This document shows positions 41,406-53,830 of a stretch of 64,000 bases of DNA, piece after piece. Each line of letters begins with the position of its first letter. Position 1 is the first letter of the stretch. Both the position numbers and the translations under genes were made by a program. Below the pieces are notes generated by a model, which saw only the letters and a program-made list of their open reading frames with translations, did not search any database and was not told the origin of the DNA. Source of the stretch: Lama glama (taxonomy: Eukaryota). The stretch spans positions 68,884,001 to 68,948,000 of the forward strand of contig CM052817.1 in NCBI GenBank assembly GCA_028534125.1, in the 5' to 3' direction.

Positions 41406-42866
41406 CAACTGCTCCCTTTCTCAGACACTTTTGGACTCCCCTTCAGGGAAACATGTGAATAAGTGCTTAGAGAATGAATGAGAAATTTCACAAAAGAAGC
41501 GCTGGCCAGGTTGCTATAGCCAGGCTCCCAGCCCACACATAAATCTGACCCTAAGTTCATTCTGTTTTCAATAGACATATTTTAGAATATTATGGAATTA
41601 CTAATATATGCACTGAACACTGTGCACAAAGCAAGACACTGGGATTGTCTGACTGAAGGGTGTGAAAAAATGAAGAAGGTACTACTTCCAAGCGCTTATA
41701 AGCAAAATGTGAAGTTGCTTAACAAGTGTCTGGTATTTAGAAAGCATTCGACAAATGTGTGTTAATTATATTTAAAAAAAAAAGCTGAGATTGTTAATAA
41801 GGCAATCATGAGAGAATAGTGAGGATTTGAAAGCATTGGTCAAGGCTTCCAAAGTAGATAGGAATTACTCTGATTAAAACATCAAGGGAAGCCTTCAGGT
41901 AGCTGTGAGAGCAATTTCTTCCACATCTCTCGCTCAGTTACCATGACTGTTGGCTCTAAGGGAGAGCCGTGATCCTATTTCCTAGGCATAAACTTCACAG
42001 TCTTGAACTGATAATACTTTGCACTATCCCTATCTCACCTTCACTTAATGCCAGACTGTCTAAAGTGTTAAGGAAACTGAAAGAAAAAGCAAAGAAGAAC
42101 TTACGAAGCAAATTGAGGTTGGGCAAAGTTGCATAGTTTTGTGAACTTTTGTGCTGCCTTCTCTTTTCTGAGGTATAGCAGTTCTTTCTCTGGCTTAATC
42201 AGCAGAAGATTCCCTTCTCTCCCTGGTTCAAGTAATTATTCTGGTACAGGGTTAGGGATGCCTCCTGTTCTAGGAAAGAGGCAGTTGACATAACCTAAGG
42301 CTATTTGATTCCCCTCTGGGTCTTGCTAAGATTTCATTATACTTGCTTTTCAGAAGCAAGGCACTTTCAGCAGGAATTGGTGGCCACATTCTAGCACAGG
42401 AGCAGTTTCTTTCACAGCATTTTATAATTTCATTTGTGACCTGCATGAGCAATCATGAGCTACTTCCTGGTTCAGCTTAAAAAGTCCTGCTTTCTGTACG
42501 GAGGGGCGGGGGGCAGAGGAGAAATCGGCAAGGGAGAAGTTTGGTGTGATCCAGTGACTCAAAAGTTCATCTCTAACTTTTATTGTCAGATAATGTTTAA
42601 ACACTTCTTGCTTTCGTTTTCTCTCTGGGACCATTTATAATTTTTTTCTAAAATCCTTGCCTCCTTTACCTCCCTGTGTATTCAACATCTTCTCCTCTAA
42701 CTTCTGTTGGGAGTATAAGATGTCAACAACATGCTCTTTAGATGAAACTCCGTTATCTTTTCCTTTATTGGGTTTTTCATTCCCTATTGTCTATCCATTC
42801 AAACAGCTATGCCTACAAGGCTTTGATCTTCTTTCAGTTTAGGCCACATTATTACTTTCCTTTTTT

Positions 42867-43022
42867 CCCTCAAGTTTTAAAAAAATTTCATTTTTTTTGG
42901 GGGGGGGAAGAGTTAATTAGGGTTTTATTTATTTATTTTTTAATGGAGATACTGGGGATTAAACCCAGGACCTTGTGCATGCTAATAGCACACACTCTAC
43001 CATTGAGCAATACCTCTCCCCC
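42867..43022 (-). mobile_element. Vic-1-type tRNA-derived SINE (camelid)
   Basis: Antisense of the same head as the copy at 22235 ('atactggggattaaacccaggaccttgtgcatgct...cactctaccattgagcaatacc'). TSD tactttcctttttt (42853-42866) / tacttccctttttt (43023-43036), 1 mismatch. Confidence 0.88.
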
Positions 43023-44045
43023 TACTTCCCTTTTTTACCTTTTGTCCTGTTATCAATAGATATGGACAGACTTGTTTGTAATATTACACCTGGTTTGTAA
43101 GATAACTCATCCTTCCCAGAGTTTCTGACTTTCCGCTGGATTGCTGCTTTCTCATTTAAAAGCCAAGATTTTTATTAGTATAAGTTGTATTTGTCCAATC
43201 TAAAAATGCAAAGTATAGAATTTTGCTACTCTCTGGAGCTCCTGTACATTTAATGATTTCATTTAAATTATATCTCCCATCTGTACAAGAGGTTCCTTTT
43301 TTTCTACCAGAAAAGATAGACTTCTGTTCTTCTTAGTTTGCCCTTGAAACTCAGTATTTGTATTTTCATAGTCTTCAAGCTGTAATTTTGGTTTATTACT
43401 GTGATCATTTTCTTTATTGGAGTTGGTTGGAAATGACTGTCTCAAGGCAATTAGGGTAAAATTGAGAAGTAACCTCAGAAACAAGGTACATAAGGAAGAG
43501 GATTTGCTTTATGAAGAGAGGAAAAACACTGAAGACAACACATATTGTCTTATCTTATGGTTCATAAGTAATTGTTCAATATAAGTAATAATTTTCTAAA
43601 GCAAATGGACTTATCCAATTATCAATTAATTGTAACCTGCCCTAAGGTGAAAAGTAAGCATATGTTACACTGTATCTTACTTTATTTTACTACCTCTTAA
43701 TGAACCAATGCACACCCCAGTAAGTCCATTCTTGTTTTTCTGACGGAACTGGGTTGAACACATAAACTCACTCATCCAGTCACTCTTTACAATGTAAAGA
43801 CCTCTATCTCTCAGCTCTGGATTCTGATGATCAGATTTGTTGGTGTATAACAACACATCACTAACATAAATAAAGACTCCTGCTTACAATTCTGGCTTTC
43901 TTTGATCTTGGCTGGTCAAATGCTGTGGCAGCTGCTAAGAAGCAAATAAGAAAAAAAATCTAAATACAACCCCGACTTTTCCACTTAAGCTGTAGTACTA
44001 TAATAAGAAAAAAATCCACAAGAGCCCCTCAAAAACCACAACCAC

Positions 44046-44422
44046 TGCTGTGGACTGGATTATGTTTCCCTCAAATTCACATGTTGAAGTCCTAACCCCT
44101 GAGGTGACTGTCTGGAACAGGGCTTTTGAAAGTAATTAAGCTCAAATGAGGTCTTAAAGGTGAGGTTCTAATCCAATAGGATTGGTGATCTAAAAGAAGA
44201 GGAAGAGAGAGAGATATTTCTCTCTCTCCTTCACTGCACATGCATTGAAAAGAGGCTATGTGAAGACACAGGGAGAAGACTTGCAGACAGCTCTCACCAG
44301 AAACTGACTGTGCTGGACCTTGGTTTAGGAGGTCTAGCCTCCACAAGAGTGAGAAATAAATGTCTGTTAATTATGCTTCCCAGTCTGGTATTTTGTTATG
44401 GCGGCATGAGCAGACGAATACA
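44046..44422 (+). mobile_element. MaLR solo LTR (MLT1A-like)
   Basis: tg...ca ends; 'aaattcacatgttgaagtcctaacccc', 'gagaaataaatgtctgtt', 'ggtattttgttatggcggcatgagcagacgaataca'. Confidence 0.88.
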
Positions 44423-45684
44423 ACTAACCTTAGAAAGAACCACATGAAAGAGAGGACAGAGTTCTTCTAGGACTGGGGGGATGTAGTTTTAATGAAAACT
44501 TTTCTTAACATTTTCCAAGAGGCTCTTTCTTCTGTCCCTTCTCTCAATATGTATACTTACGCAGTGAATAGAATGTTCATAAAATTTATTATCTAAATAA
44601 GCACAGTTTTTATAACTGTAAGCTGGGCCCATCCAGGGCAAACTGAGACATATTGTAACTCTCCTTATAGAAATGTCAGGATGTCACCCTACTATCAGAT
44701 GTAAGGATGTCTCCCTGCCCATTCCCAGGGCCACTGAAAGTGGATTATCCCATGTTAAGTGTCTAGTGATGGCTTTGGTTGGTGATATTGGGTCATTGTC
44801 CATTGGTTACTCCCAATCTTTGTTTTCTTGGAGATGTTCACATGTTCAGCTGTCACTCCATGTTTGCTGCCTCACAGAGCCAGTTTTCCTTTGATGTCAG
44901 ATGAGTATGCACACAATTTTTGATTTATCCTAATCTCTAACTATAATGTAAGACAAGGTGTCTGAATTTTATTATAATTTCTTCAAAGATATCTCATATA
45001 TTAGTTTAAAGATATGATAATTGGGTCTTTTTTTTTCAGAGGCAGAGATCAGGCAACAAGCATGATATTCATTACACAAATACATACATAAATGGATTTT
45101 TTATATAAAAAGTAATCTGTAGCCTTATTATTCCCACTTGTCTATTAATTCTAAGAAGCATGGGTAGAAGATGATAGAAAAAATCTTACTTATTGAGCTC
45201 ACAGTCCTTAACAATATGCCTATGGCCGGACCGGGATCTCCATATTCCAGTCTTGAAAGATAGGACAGTTATATGGAGTTCTTTATGACAGAGTAATCAG
45301 AGTAGGGTTTTTTTTAAAATAACAGTTTCCTCATTTTCTCTTAAATAATGGAAATTCTCTCACTTGATTGACACATGATTTGGGTATATTTTTATTATTA
45401 ATATATTTGTCAGTTTTGTAGTTCTTCTACCTGAAGCAATTTATTTTTAAAATATGTTAGAGGATATTGAGTGGAAAATTCACTGTGTCCCAGAGTTGTG
45501 GTTAAGGCCTCAAATTATGGACAAGAGGCACTAAATATCCTACTTTGAAAGCCAGTAATGTAATAGAAGCCAGCCATATTCCCACAGGGCTTGTTAAGAG
45601 GTGAAAAGTGCATACCACCCCCTGCCAACAGTGAGTTAAGGAGAGAACTGAGGAGGAAAAAGGGAATCATCAGCCTTGTGGGGT

Positions 45685-48125
45685 GTACTAGCTGAGCGTA
45701 AGGCATACTGCTGTAACTAACAAACCCCTACATTTCAGAATAAAATAAAATTTTATTTTTCACTCATGTAATTGAACAACGTGGGTGTTCCTGGTTGGAT
45801 GGTTTTCCTTCAAGCACTCTTTCCAGCTAGTAACTTTGCCATTTTCGGCTCATGGCTTCCAACTTTGTCTGGGGGTTGGAGGGATGGTCATCTCCATTGC
45901 AGCCAGCCAGAAAGGGAGGACATGGAGGATTATCCATGGGAGCATATTATGGGCTGTATTTGTTTGGTAGGGCTGCCATAACAAAATACCATGGCTTAAG
46001 TAACAGAAATTTATTTTTTCATAGTTCTGGACGTTGGAAGGCTAAGATTAAGGTGTCAGCAGGTTTGGTTTCTTCTCGAGCCTCTCTCTTTCACTTGCGG
46101 ATAGCTGCCCTGTGTCCTCACATGGTCTTTGCATGGGCACACCCCTGGTGTCAATTTGTATATGTTCAAATTTTCTTGTCTGATAAGGATACCCGATTCA
46201 GCCAACCCTAATGGCCTCATTTTAATTTAATCATATATCTCCAAATATAGTCACATTCTGAGGTACTGGGAGTTAGGGCTTCAACATACAAATTGGAGGA
46301 GGATATAATTTGATAACATGGGTCAAGCACTGAAGTCATATACATCACTTCCACTCAATGGAATCCTTGGCTAGAACTCTGATTCAGGCTATATCTAAAT
46401 GCAAAGGGAACTAGGAAATACAGATTACCTGTGTAGGAAGAAGGAAAAGGAAAATAAATAGGTTTGATCAAGAAGAAGTCTCTTCCATAGTTTGGTCACC
46501 AAATGTGCATTTCACACTTCTTCTTACTCATCAAATTTACTTATGCTGCTTCTGCAGATTCAATATGTATGATCCCCAGATGACAGACAGTCTTTTTCTG
46601 TAAGATCCACATATAGCTTCTGCTGGTCCAATGACCATGAACTAAAAAGACAAGTTATCTGTTCATCCGCTCCATACCTAATATAAAATAGTGAAGCAGG
46701 GACGAAGTTAAGAGCAATAAACAGTCCAAGTGAGGAAGAAGGAGACATCGCAGCTGTGTCTGGTACACAGAATAATGAACTCTGCAGGGCAGGCATTATA
46801 GGGGTCCTCTGCTCTAGCAGCTCTTGATTAGATCCTTATTCTGTCCTCTGGAAGACCCATTCCTGACCACTGCTTTGCAAGGCCCCTGGCTCTACTCTTT
46901 TTATGGCCACATGTCAAGTGCACTTTGGACATATACTCACGGGAGTTGTTCAGTTTGCAGTCCACTTCCTGTTCAGATTAAGTTTGGGCACCCATGGATT
47001 GGCTGAAGGCTCAAGAAGTCAAAGGCATGTATAATTTCTTTGGCAGTACAGTACCCTCAACGTCTTAGGAAGATTTTGATCTACTTGCTTCTAATCGATT
47101 CCATGTGCCAGTGAGCATACCTGAAATTCTTTCCCAAATATATCTCTCAAACCTGGTTTATGCCTTTGCTGCCCCGCATCCAAGCTTCTCTCAGCTTGAC
47201 GCTTGAGGGCAACTACCTTGAGGCCATATGAAACAATAGTTTGGGGTGGAAATGCACTGTCCTTAATTCAATTTCAAAGGCAGTGCCGAGTTCCTTGTTC
47301 AATTAAGTCTTCCTGGGCCTCTGTTACTCAAAGGCCTAATCAATTTCTTATTATCTGGAAGTTAGAAAGAGTTAGCTTTTCCAAATTTTTGAGAGCCTGG
47401 ATTTCTGGGTTCTTTCTATACCTTTTCATTTCTGTTTACAGACTATGCAAATCTCTCCTCATCTCATTTCTCTCCTGTAATACCTTGCTAATGGCATTGA
47501 GTAAAAGCTGAGACTCGCACTCTTTTAAACCACCTGCCCTAGAATGCCTGGTTCAGGTGTCATTGTTTTACCTTCCAAGAAGATTGTTTTGCCAGTTAGT
47601 TTGCCACTGCATAAAATATCTCCATCTTTCTAGCTCCAATATTATTTTTCTTACCACTTGCTGCCTGATTAGACGATGCCATTGTTTAAGGCAGTATTCT
47701 ACCCTAGTACCAATTTTCATTTTTTAGTTATAATACATTAACTACCATAACAGACAAACAAAACTTCACAGTTTTAAAAGAATAAAAGTTTGTTTCTGCT
47801 TACTTAACAGTAATGTGGATCCAGTTTTGGGGGGAAAGGGGTAGAGGGTCTATGTGTTCATTTAGGGACTCAAACTGTCAGAGGCTCTGCTATTTCTGCT
47901 TTCTTCCTGGGCATTGATATCCAGCCTGAAGCTAGGGAAGAGACAGAGAAAATTATTTCTTAGGGATTTTAATGGTCTGACTAAAAGTAGTACATTTCAC
48001 TTGCGTTCATTGCATAGAACTCTGTCTCATGGTCACACAGAAATGCTAGCAAGTCTGGAAAATAAATATAGACTAGTTTTGTGCCTATTGAAAACAGATT
48101 TGGTAATCAGATAGTTGTCTGTGCG
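45685..48125 (-). mobile_element. Old MaLR element remnant: LTR, internal region, LTR
   Basis: Two similar old MLT1-like LTRs (about 45685-46490 and 47720-48125; both begin with ..taac..caaac..cac/cat..aataaaa..tt.tttct) flank MaLR-internal-like sequence. Confidence 0.5.
45955..46318 (-). mobile_element. MaLR solo LTR (MLT1A-like) nested in an older LTR
   Basis: 'tgtatttgtttggtagggctgccataacaaaatacca...atagtcacattctgaggtactgggagttagggcttcaacata...ataaca'; flanks tgggc / tgggt (4 of 5 TSD match). Confidence 0.88.
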
Positions 48126-48479
48126 ACTGCAGAGTGAAATATTTGTGGGCAAAAGTCTTCCCTAACGTCCTTACTGAAACTAAGTGAAGGGGAAGCCAGA
48201 AAGATAGCTCATGAAGGTTGGTGGTATCTTTAGTAAGGGGAAACTGCGTTCTCTTCCCTTAGCAGGTGCCTTCAGAGTTTCAGAACGCTGTGGAGCATAG
48301 AACATGGTGAGCGAGTTCTAGGAAGAACTTTAGGGAGCCCAGGAGTCCTACTAAGTACCTCTACTCCGACTCTGGGAAGGAGAGGGTTTTAAGGGCCTGG
48401 GTAGTGAACAGAGACTGGCATTTACTTTTATAGATATATTTTCATTTCTTACAAGAAATACTGAGCAGTGAAATCAAAG

Positions 48480-50225
48480 GGCAATACAATAGGTGTATGA
48501 TTAACTCAGAAATGGCCATAGTGTTTTCCAAAATGGTTATATCATTAAATATGCTCACCAGTATTGCATGAGAATTCTATTCCTCCATGTTCTTGACAGC
48601 ATTTGGTATTGTTAGTTTTTTAAAAAATTATAGTCATTCTAAAAGTGCATGGTTATATTTACTGTGATTTTAATTTTTATTTTCTTAATGACTAATGAGT
48701 TTGAGCATCCTTTTGTGCTTGTTTACCATTTGTATATCATTTTTGGTGAAGTGTTCAAATATTTGTCATTTCTTCATTTATTGAGTTTTGGAATTCTTTA
48801 TATATTCTATATATAAGCCTTTTTTTAAGTATATGATTTACAACTAGTTTCCCCAAGTTTGTGGCCTGTATTTTTATTCTTTTAACAGTGTCTTTTGAAA
48901 ATAGACGTTTTAAATTGTAATAAAATGCAATTTTTATCGATCATGCTTTTTGTGTTATAATTAAGAAAATCTTCACCTAATCCAAGATCACAAGTATTTT
49001 TTCCTGTGTTTTCTTCTAGATTTAGCTTTTTAACTTAAGTCTGTAAGCCATTTGAGTTAATTTTTGTACATGGCAGGAGGAATGGGCCAAAGTTCCTTTT
49101 TTTTTTTGCATGCAGATTTCTAAGTTCCAATACAATCTGTTGAAAGAACGCTATCCTTTATTTGGACCTTTTGCAAATATCAGTTGTCTATATATGTATA
49201 TGACCATTGATCTATTTGTCTATATTCAAACCAATATCACATTTCTATAATTACTGTAGCTTAAATTCTGAGTTTACCCTTCTTTTTCAAAATTGTTTTT
49301 AGCTCTTCTAGATCCTTTGCATTGCTTTTTCAACTTGTAACTTCCTACAAAAAAAGCCTGTTGGGATTTTGATTGGGATTGCGTTGACTCTACATATCAG
49401 TTTAGAAAGAATTGACATTTTAACATTACCGCGTCTTCAAATCCATGTACACAATGTATTTCCTATATTTTTGGACTTTCTTTAATATTCCCCAGCAAAT
49501 TTTATAGCTTTCAATGTACAGGTCTTTTACATCTTTTTCAAATCTATCCCTAAATATTTCATATTAATGATGTTATTATACATGATTTTTAAAATTCTAT
49601 GATAGTTTCTATTATATGAAAGTAAAATTGATTTTTGTGTATTGACTTTTTATCCTTGCTAAACTCACTTCCTATATCTAGTAGCTATTTACATATTCCA
49701 TCAGATTTTCTACATAGACAGTTAATTCATCTATGAATAATGACAGTTTTAGATTTTACTTTCTAATCTAGATACTGTATATTTCTTTTTCCTGCTTAAT
49801 ATTGTAGTAGTCAAAACCTGCAATATATTGATGAATATGTGATGAGAGATGATATCCTTTCTTTGTTCTTTATCTTAGTGGGAAGACATCACTTTTACCA
49901 TACATGTGATATTAGCTGAAGGATTTTCATAGGTGATCTTTATCAGGTTAAGAAAATGCCCTCTTATTTCTGGTCTGCTGAGGTGTTTTTCTTTTTAAAT
50001 CAGGAATATATGTCAGATTTTGTCAAATTCTCCTTCTGCACTTATTTAGATGATCAAAATGTTAAAATTTTTTAATCTTGTGTTACCTCTCCCATTCCTA
50101 AGAGTAGTAATTTGTGGCTTCTGTAATTTTTTTTGCTAATCAGTCTGACTAGAAATTTATCAATTTTATTGATCTCAACATACCAGTATTTTGTTCCACT
50201 GATTTTTCTCTATAATTTTTTAATC
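48480..50225 (-). mobile_element. Old L1 (L1M-type) ORF2/3' fragment
   Basis: Antisense L1 phrases throughout: 'ttcttaatgactaatgagtttgagcatc', 'gttgggattttgattgggattgcgttga', 'tttatcaggttaagaaaatgccctc'. Confidence 0.85.
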
Positions 50226-50479
50226 TTAAGTTTTACATGTGAAAAATAACCGTAACTGACAAATGTAATTTGAGCAAGATGTTGTGAAGGGACTGCTACT
50301 CAGCGGGAAAGCAAGATTTGACATTTGAGAGCAGTAATTGGAAAAAATAAAATCATTTCATAGAAAGACTCCTAAACTGGTTACATATGTTTAATATAAT
50401 TACATATTAATACTACCATTCAAATATAATTTGGTTGCTAACATGCATTAATGTATTTTGAATGTCTGATAATGTAGTG

Positions 50480-50770
50480 CAGAATTTCCCAAAGGGGGTA
50501 CCACTGAACATTACTTTCTGAATATTAATGTATATTAGGTGAGAGAAGGATTTAATCTTCAAATGATGGGAAATACTGGTTAAATTGAGTTGGATAACTT
50601 TCTGTCTTTGTGGGATTTCCCATATTTTAAAATATTACATTGTGTATCTCTAATCTCCATGAAAGGGATATAAAGTACAGTATTTCCCAAATTTATTTGA
50701 TCTGGGACCCTTCTTTTCATGGAGCATCTAGCAGGACAAGAATTTAACAAAACACCTTTTGGGGAATGTT
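50480..50770. mobile_element. hAT-Charlie-type MITE remnant
   Basis: Degenerate TIRs 'cagaatttcccaaag' ... 'cttttggggaatgtt' and internal 'cagtatttcccaaatttatttga'. Confidence 0.55.
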
Positions 50771-50774
50771 AGTA

Positions 50775-50995
50775 GCTTAAAAGAGCTTTAAAGTGAAACA
50801 AACCTATATTTAAATACTTACCCCAGAACCAATTTTATCTCCATCAAGTAACTTAAAGCCTGTGAGCCTCAGTTCATCTTCAAAAGGGGATATTAAGAGT
50901 TCCCTTTAGGGTGTTGGGATGATTAGAAATAATGACTATATATGCCTGGCACATAGTAGATGATCAACTATTGGTATCAATATTAGTAATAATAA
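50775..50995 (+). mobile_element. MIR SINE
   Basis: 'gtgagcctcagttcatcttcaaaagggga...tgcctggcacatagtagatgatcaa'. Confidence 0.7.
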
Positions 50996-51739
50996 CTTAA
51001 CCTTCAATAATCTACAGGATGCCAAAAGAGAAAAGAGGTGCTTCATTTCCATTGCTAGAGCTGACATAAGAGCATTTTGTACAACTTGGAATAAAGATTT
51101 TTGTATTCTTCTTTAAAAAATTATAACTCACCTATCTTTATTCCTGGAAATGATATCCAAAGAAGAATATAATATAATGCTGGGGCAGAAATGAAAGGAA
51201 TTCAGAAAGACTACTATGAATTTTAGCATATCTGTCTATATGATCTTGAACAACTTAAACTCTCTTAAGCTTTGGTTTCCTTATTTTTAAACTGTAGCAT
51301 TTGAACTGGAATTCTCATAATTGTTTACTTTTAAATACTGATACATATTTATTCTTGAAAGCTGTATTGCCTTAGATTCAATCTCTATTATAAGGTATTT
51401 TTTTATTCTACACGAAGAAACATCAGCTTAACTTCATCTTCACCGCTTCAGCAATGCTTAACCCACCTCTACCCTCAAACTTTAGCCTTAACAATCGTAA
51501 TGCAGTTACTGTAAAGACAACACTTTTGATTGTCTACCCACTGTTCACTTTTTCTCTTCTTCCTAATAAAACCTGATTTTGAAAAAAGACTATTTGAAAT
51601 ATAGATTTATATATACTCTCATGAGGTATAAGCCTTGATGCACTTGCATGTATTGTGCCTTGAAATATTAGCAAATCATAATAGCATTTTATATAATTTC
51701 TCAATAAATAGACATATAAATAAAGAACTAAATAAGAAG

Positions 51740-53830
51740 AAAAACCTGAATTTGCTCAGGTATACAGCACTCTCATATGCAGCCATGTGCCCCAAGAGAA
51801 GATGACCCCGTCCCAGCTAAAGTAGTGTAACCAGTTCCTCTAAAGGTAAGCTGATTATCCTTGCTAGTGATTGGTCCAGAAATGGAAATGTGACCCCATC
51901 CTAGCCAATGAACTGTGAAGTGAAAACAGTCGGTGCATTTTCTGGAAAATGACCTCAATCCTAAGAGATCTCCATATTAGAGGATGGTATAGTTCTTTTT
52001 ATTTTTTATTTTATTTTATTTTTCAACAGGATCCAGTTTATTTTGCCTTGGAAGGGTGGTCCTGAGAGTGGCTGGTGCCACCCTGTCCCCAGCAGAGGAA
52101 GTGCCCAAGGGCCAGTTAAGGCCAGTGGTGGGAGAAGCGAGGGGCACGCGGCCCCTGGAATGCAGTGAGGCCAGCCTGAGGCCCGGAGGCAGCTGTAGTA
52201 GACCGGGGCGGGTGCCCCCGCTGCCAAGGGTGGAAGGCACCGGGCTGGGACCCGGCCATGGCCGGGCACAGGGCCGTGGACCAGGCCACACGGGCACCCC
52301 GGGAAGCGGGCACAGGGTCACCGGACTCAAAACATGAAACACAGGCACACATGAGTAAGCACGTGGACAAGTGGGCACAGATTCACAGGCCAGAGGGACA
52401 CCTAGCCTCAGCTGGACACATGGACACAATGTGGTGTCATACAGACCACAGGGGACTCATGGCACTATGCGATACGTGAACTCACGGCCGCAGAGTCAGA
52501 CCCAGGCCATGGAGTGAGGGATGGGGGAGGGGCCTTTTGGCACAACAGCACTGGAATTGTGAGAAGGGGTGGTGGGAGCCAGTCTGGAGGGGCTGGCGCA
52601 GCCCCTGGACTCCGGTGCTCAGTCTGTCTTCCATACCTTGTTGAGCAGCTTCACCACCTCCTCATAAATGACGAACATGATGGCCACATACAGGCAGACT
52701 CGGCCCAGGCGGGGGACAGTGCTCTTGCAGAAATGCCTTAAGCCCCTCGTTCCTCAGGATCTGCAGGCCGCAGTCCCATGTGTTTCGGTACTTGTGTGCC
52801 TCCAGGCCCTGCATCCGGGTCTTGATCACGTCCAGAGGCGTGTTCCCGAAGACACAGGCTGCGCCCGCGATTGCTCCAAACACACCGGTGATCAGCGGAT
52901 TCATGGGCTTGTTGGATTGCTCCTTCGGTACCAGCTGTGCAGGGAAGTCAAGACGAAGAAGCGGATGGCCTGGTTGGACCCTTGCTTCGGAACGGTGGCC
53001 TTGAGGCCCTGGTACGTGCCCTTCAGCCCTTGCTCCCGTACGATCTCCCTGACCCCGTGAAAGAAGCCTCTGTATTTGGGGCTGGCGGAGGTCTGGTCAT
53101 GGATGAACTTCACCTTTATGGTCTCCGTGGGGCACACGACCACCGCGGCCTCGGCCACGCCGGCGCCCAGGCCGCACAGCAGTCCGCGCGTGCTGTCCCG
53201 CCGTCCCTGGGCGTCTCGCATGTGGCTGCTGAGGCCGCGGTACAGACCCAGGACGCCTTGGTTGCGGACAGTCTGCAGTACGCAGTCCCCGATGCCCCGG
53301 TGGCGTGGCGGGTGCGAGCGCTCGTCCAGCTGCAGCTGCGTCTTCACGTACTCGGTGGGGAAGGTGATGCAGATTTCGACGCAGCCCGCCAGGCCGCCTG
53401 CCTGGATCGCCTTCCCCCGGTGCGTGAGCTTGGCCTTCCCGGGCGCGGGCGCGGCAGCCGCCAGAGCGCGGGGCGCGGCAGGGGCGGGCGGCGCGGAGCG
53501 GGGCGGGGGGCCCGGCGGCGGCGGCCTCGGGTCCGAGCTCCTGCGCTCGGTGGCGGAGGCCGGTATAGTTCTTTTCATTATCTGTTTTAAGTATTTGGTC
53601 CTGCTTCAGCCATCTAATAGATTGTGAAGGAGCTCAAAGTAAGGAGGGAAGAAAGGAGAGACTGCAAGAACCTGGGGTTTGGATGACGTTGTTGAAATGC
53701 TTAAGTAACTTGCCCTGAAACCTGAACTTTCCCTGAGTTTCTGTTGGGCGAGACAGTGAACTTTCTTGGTGTTTAAAATTGCTTTGGGTTTCTGTTACTT
53801 GTGGCCAAAAGCGTAGTAACTGTAAAATGT
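51740..53830 (+). mobile_element. Old MaLR (MLT1-type) LTR split by the SLC25A1 retrocopy
   Basis: Left part 'tgattggtccagaaatggaaatgtgaccccatcctagccaatga'; right part ends 'ggtttctgttacttgtggccaaaagcgtagtaact'. The two parts join across the retrocopy TSD. Confidence 0.6.
52000..53561 (-). pseudogene. SLC25A1: Processed pseudogene (retrocopy) of the mitochondrial citrate/tricarboxylate carrier
   Basis: Intronless. Translations match SLC25A1 ([90 protein letters not shown] with stop at 52619-52621). AATAAA at 52037-52042, A-tail 52000-52023, 14-bp TSD ggtatagttctttt at 51986-51999 and 53562-53575. Lesions: no native ATG, 63-nt deletion near 53230, 1-nt deletion near 52914, 1-nt insertion near 52732. 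Confidence 0.97.

Noticed and set aside
52901..52904. ATGA stop-start overlap between the two SLC25A1-derived ORFs, resembling translational coupling
   Set aside because: Automatic result of a 1-nt deletion just upstream of a native internal Met (KPMNP). The downstream ORF is itself frameshifted near 52732.
52006..53627. Many overlapping ORFs (up to 217 aa) antisense to, or in the 3' UTR of, the retrocopy
   Set aside because: Shadow ORFs expected in very GC-rich, stop-poor sequence; no recognisable homology.
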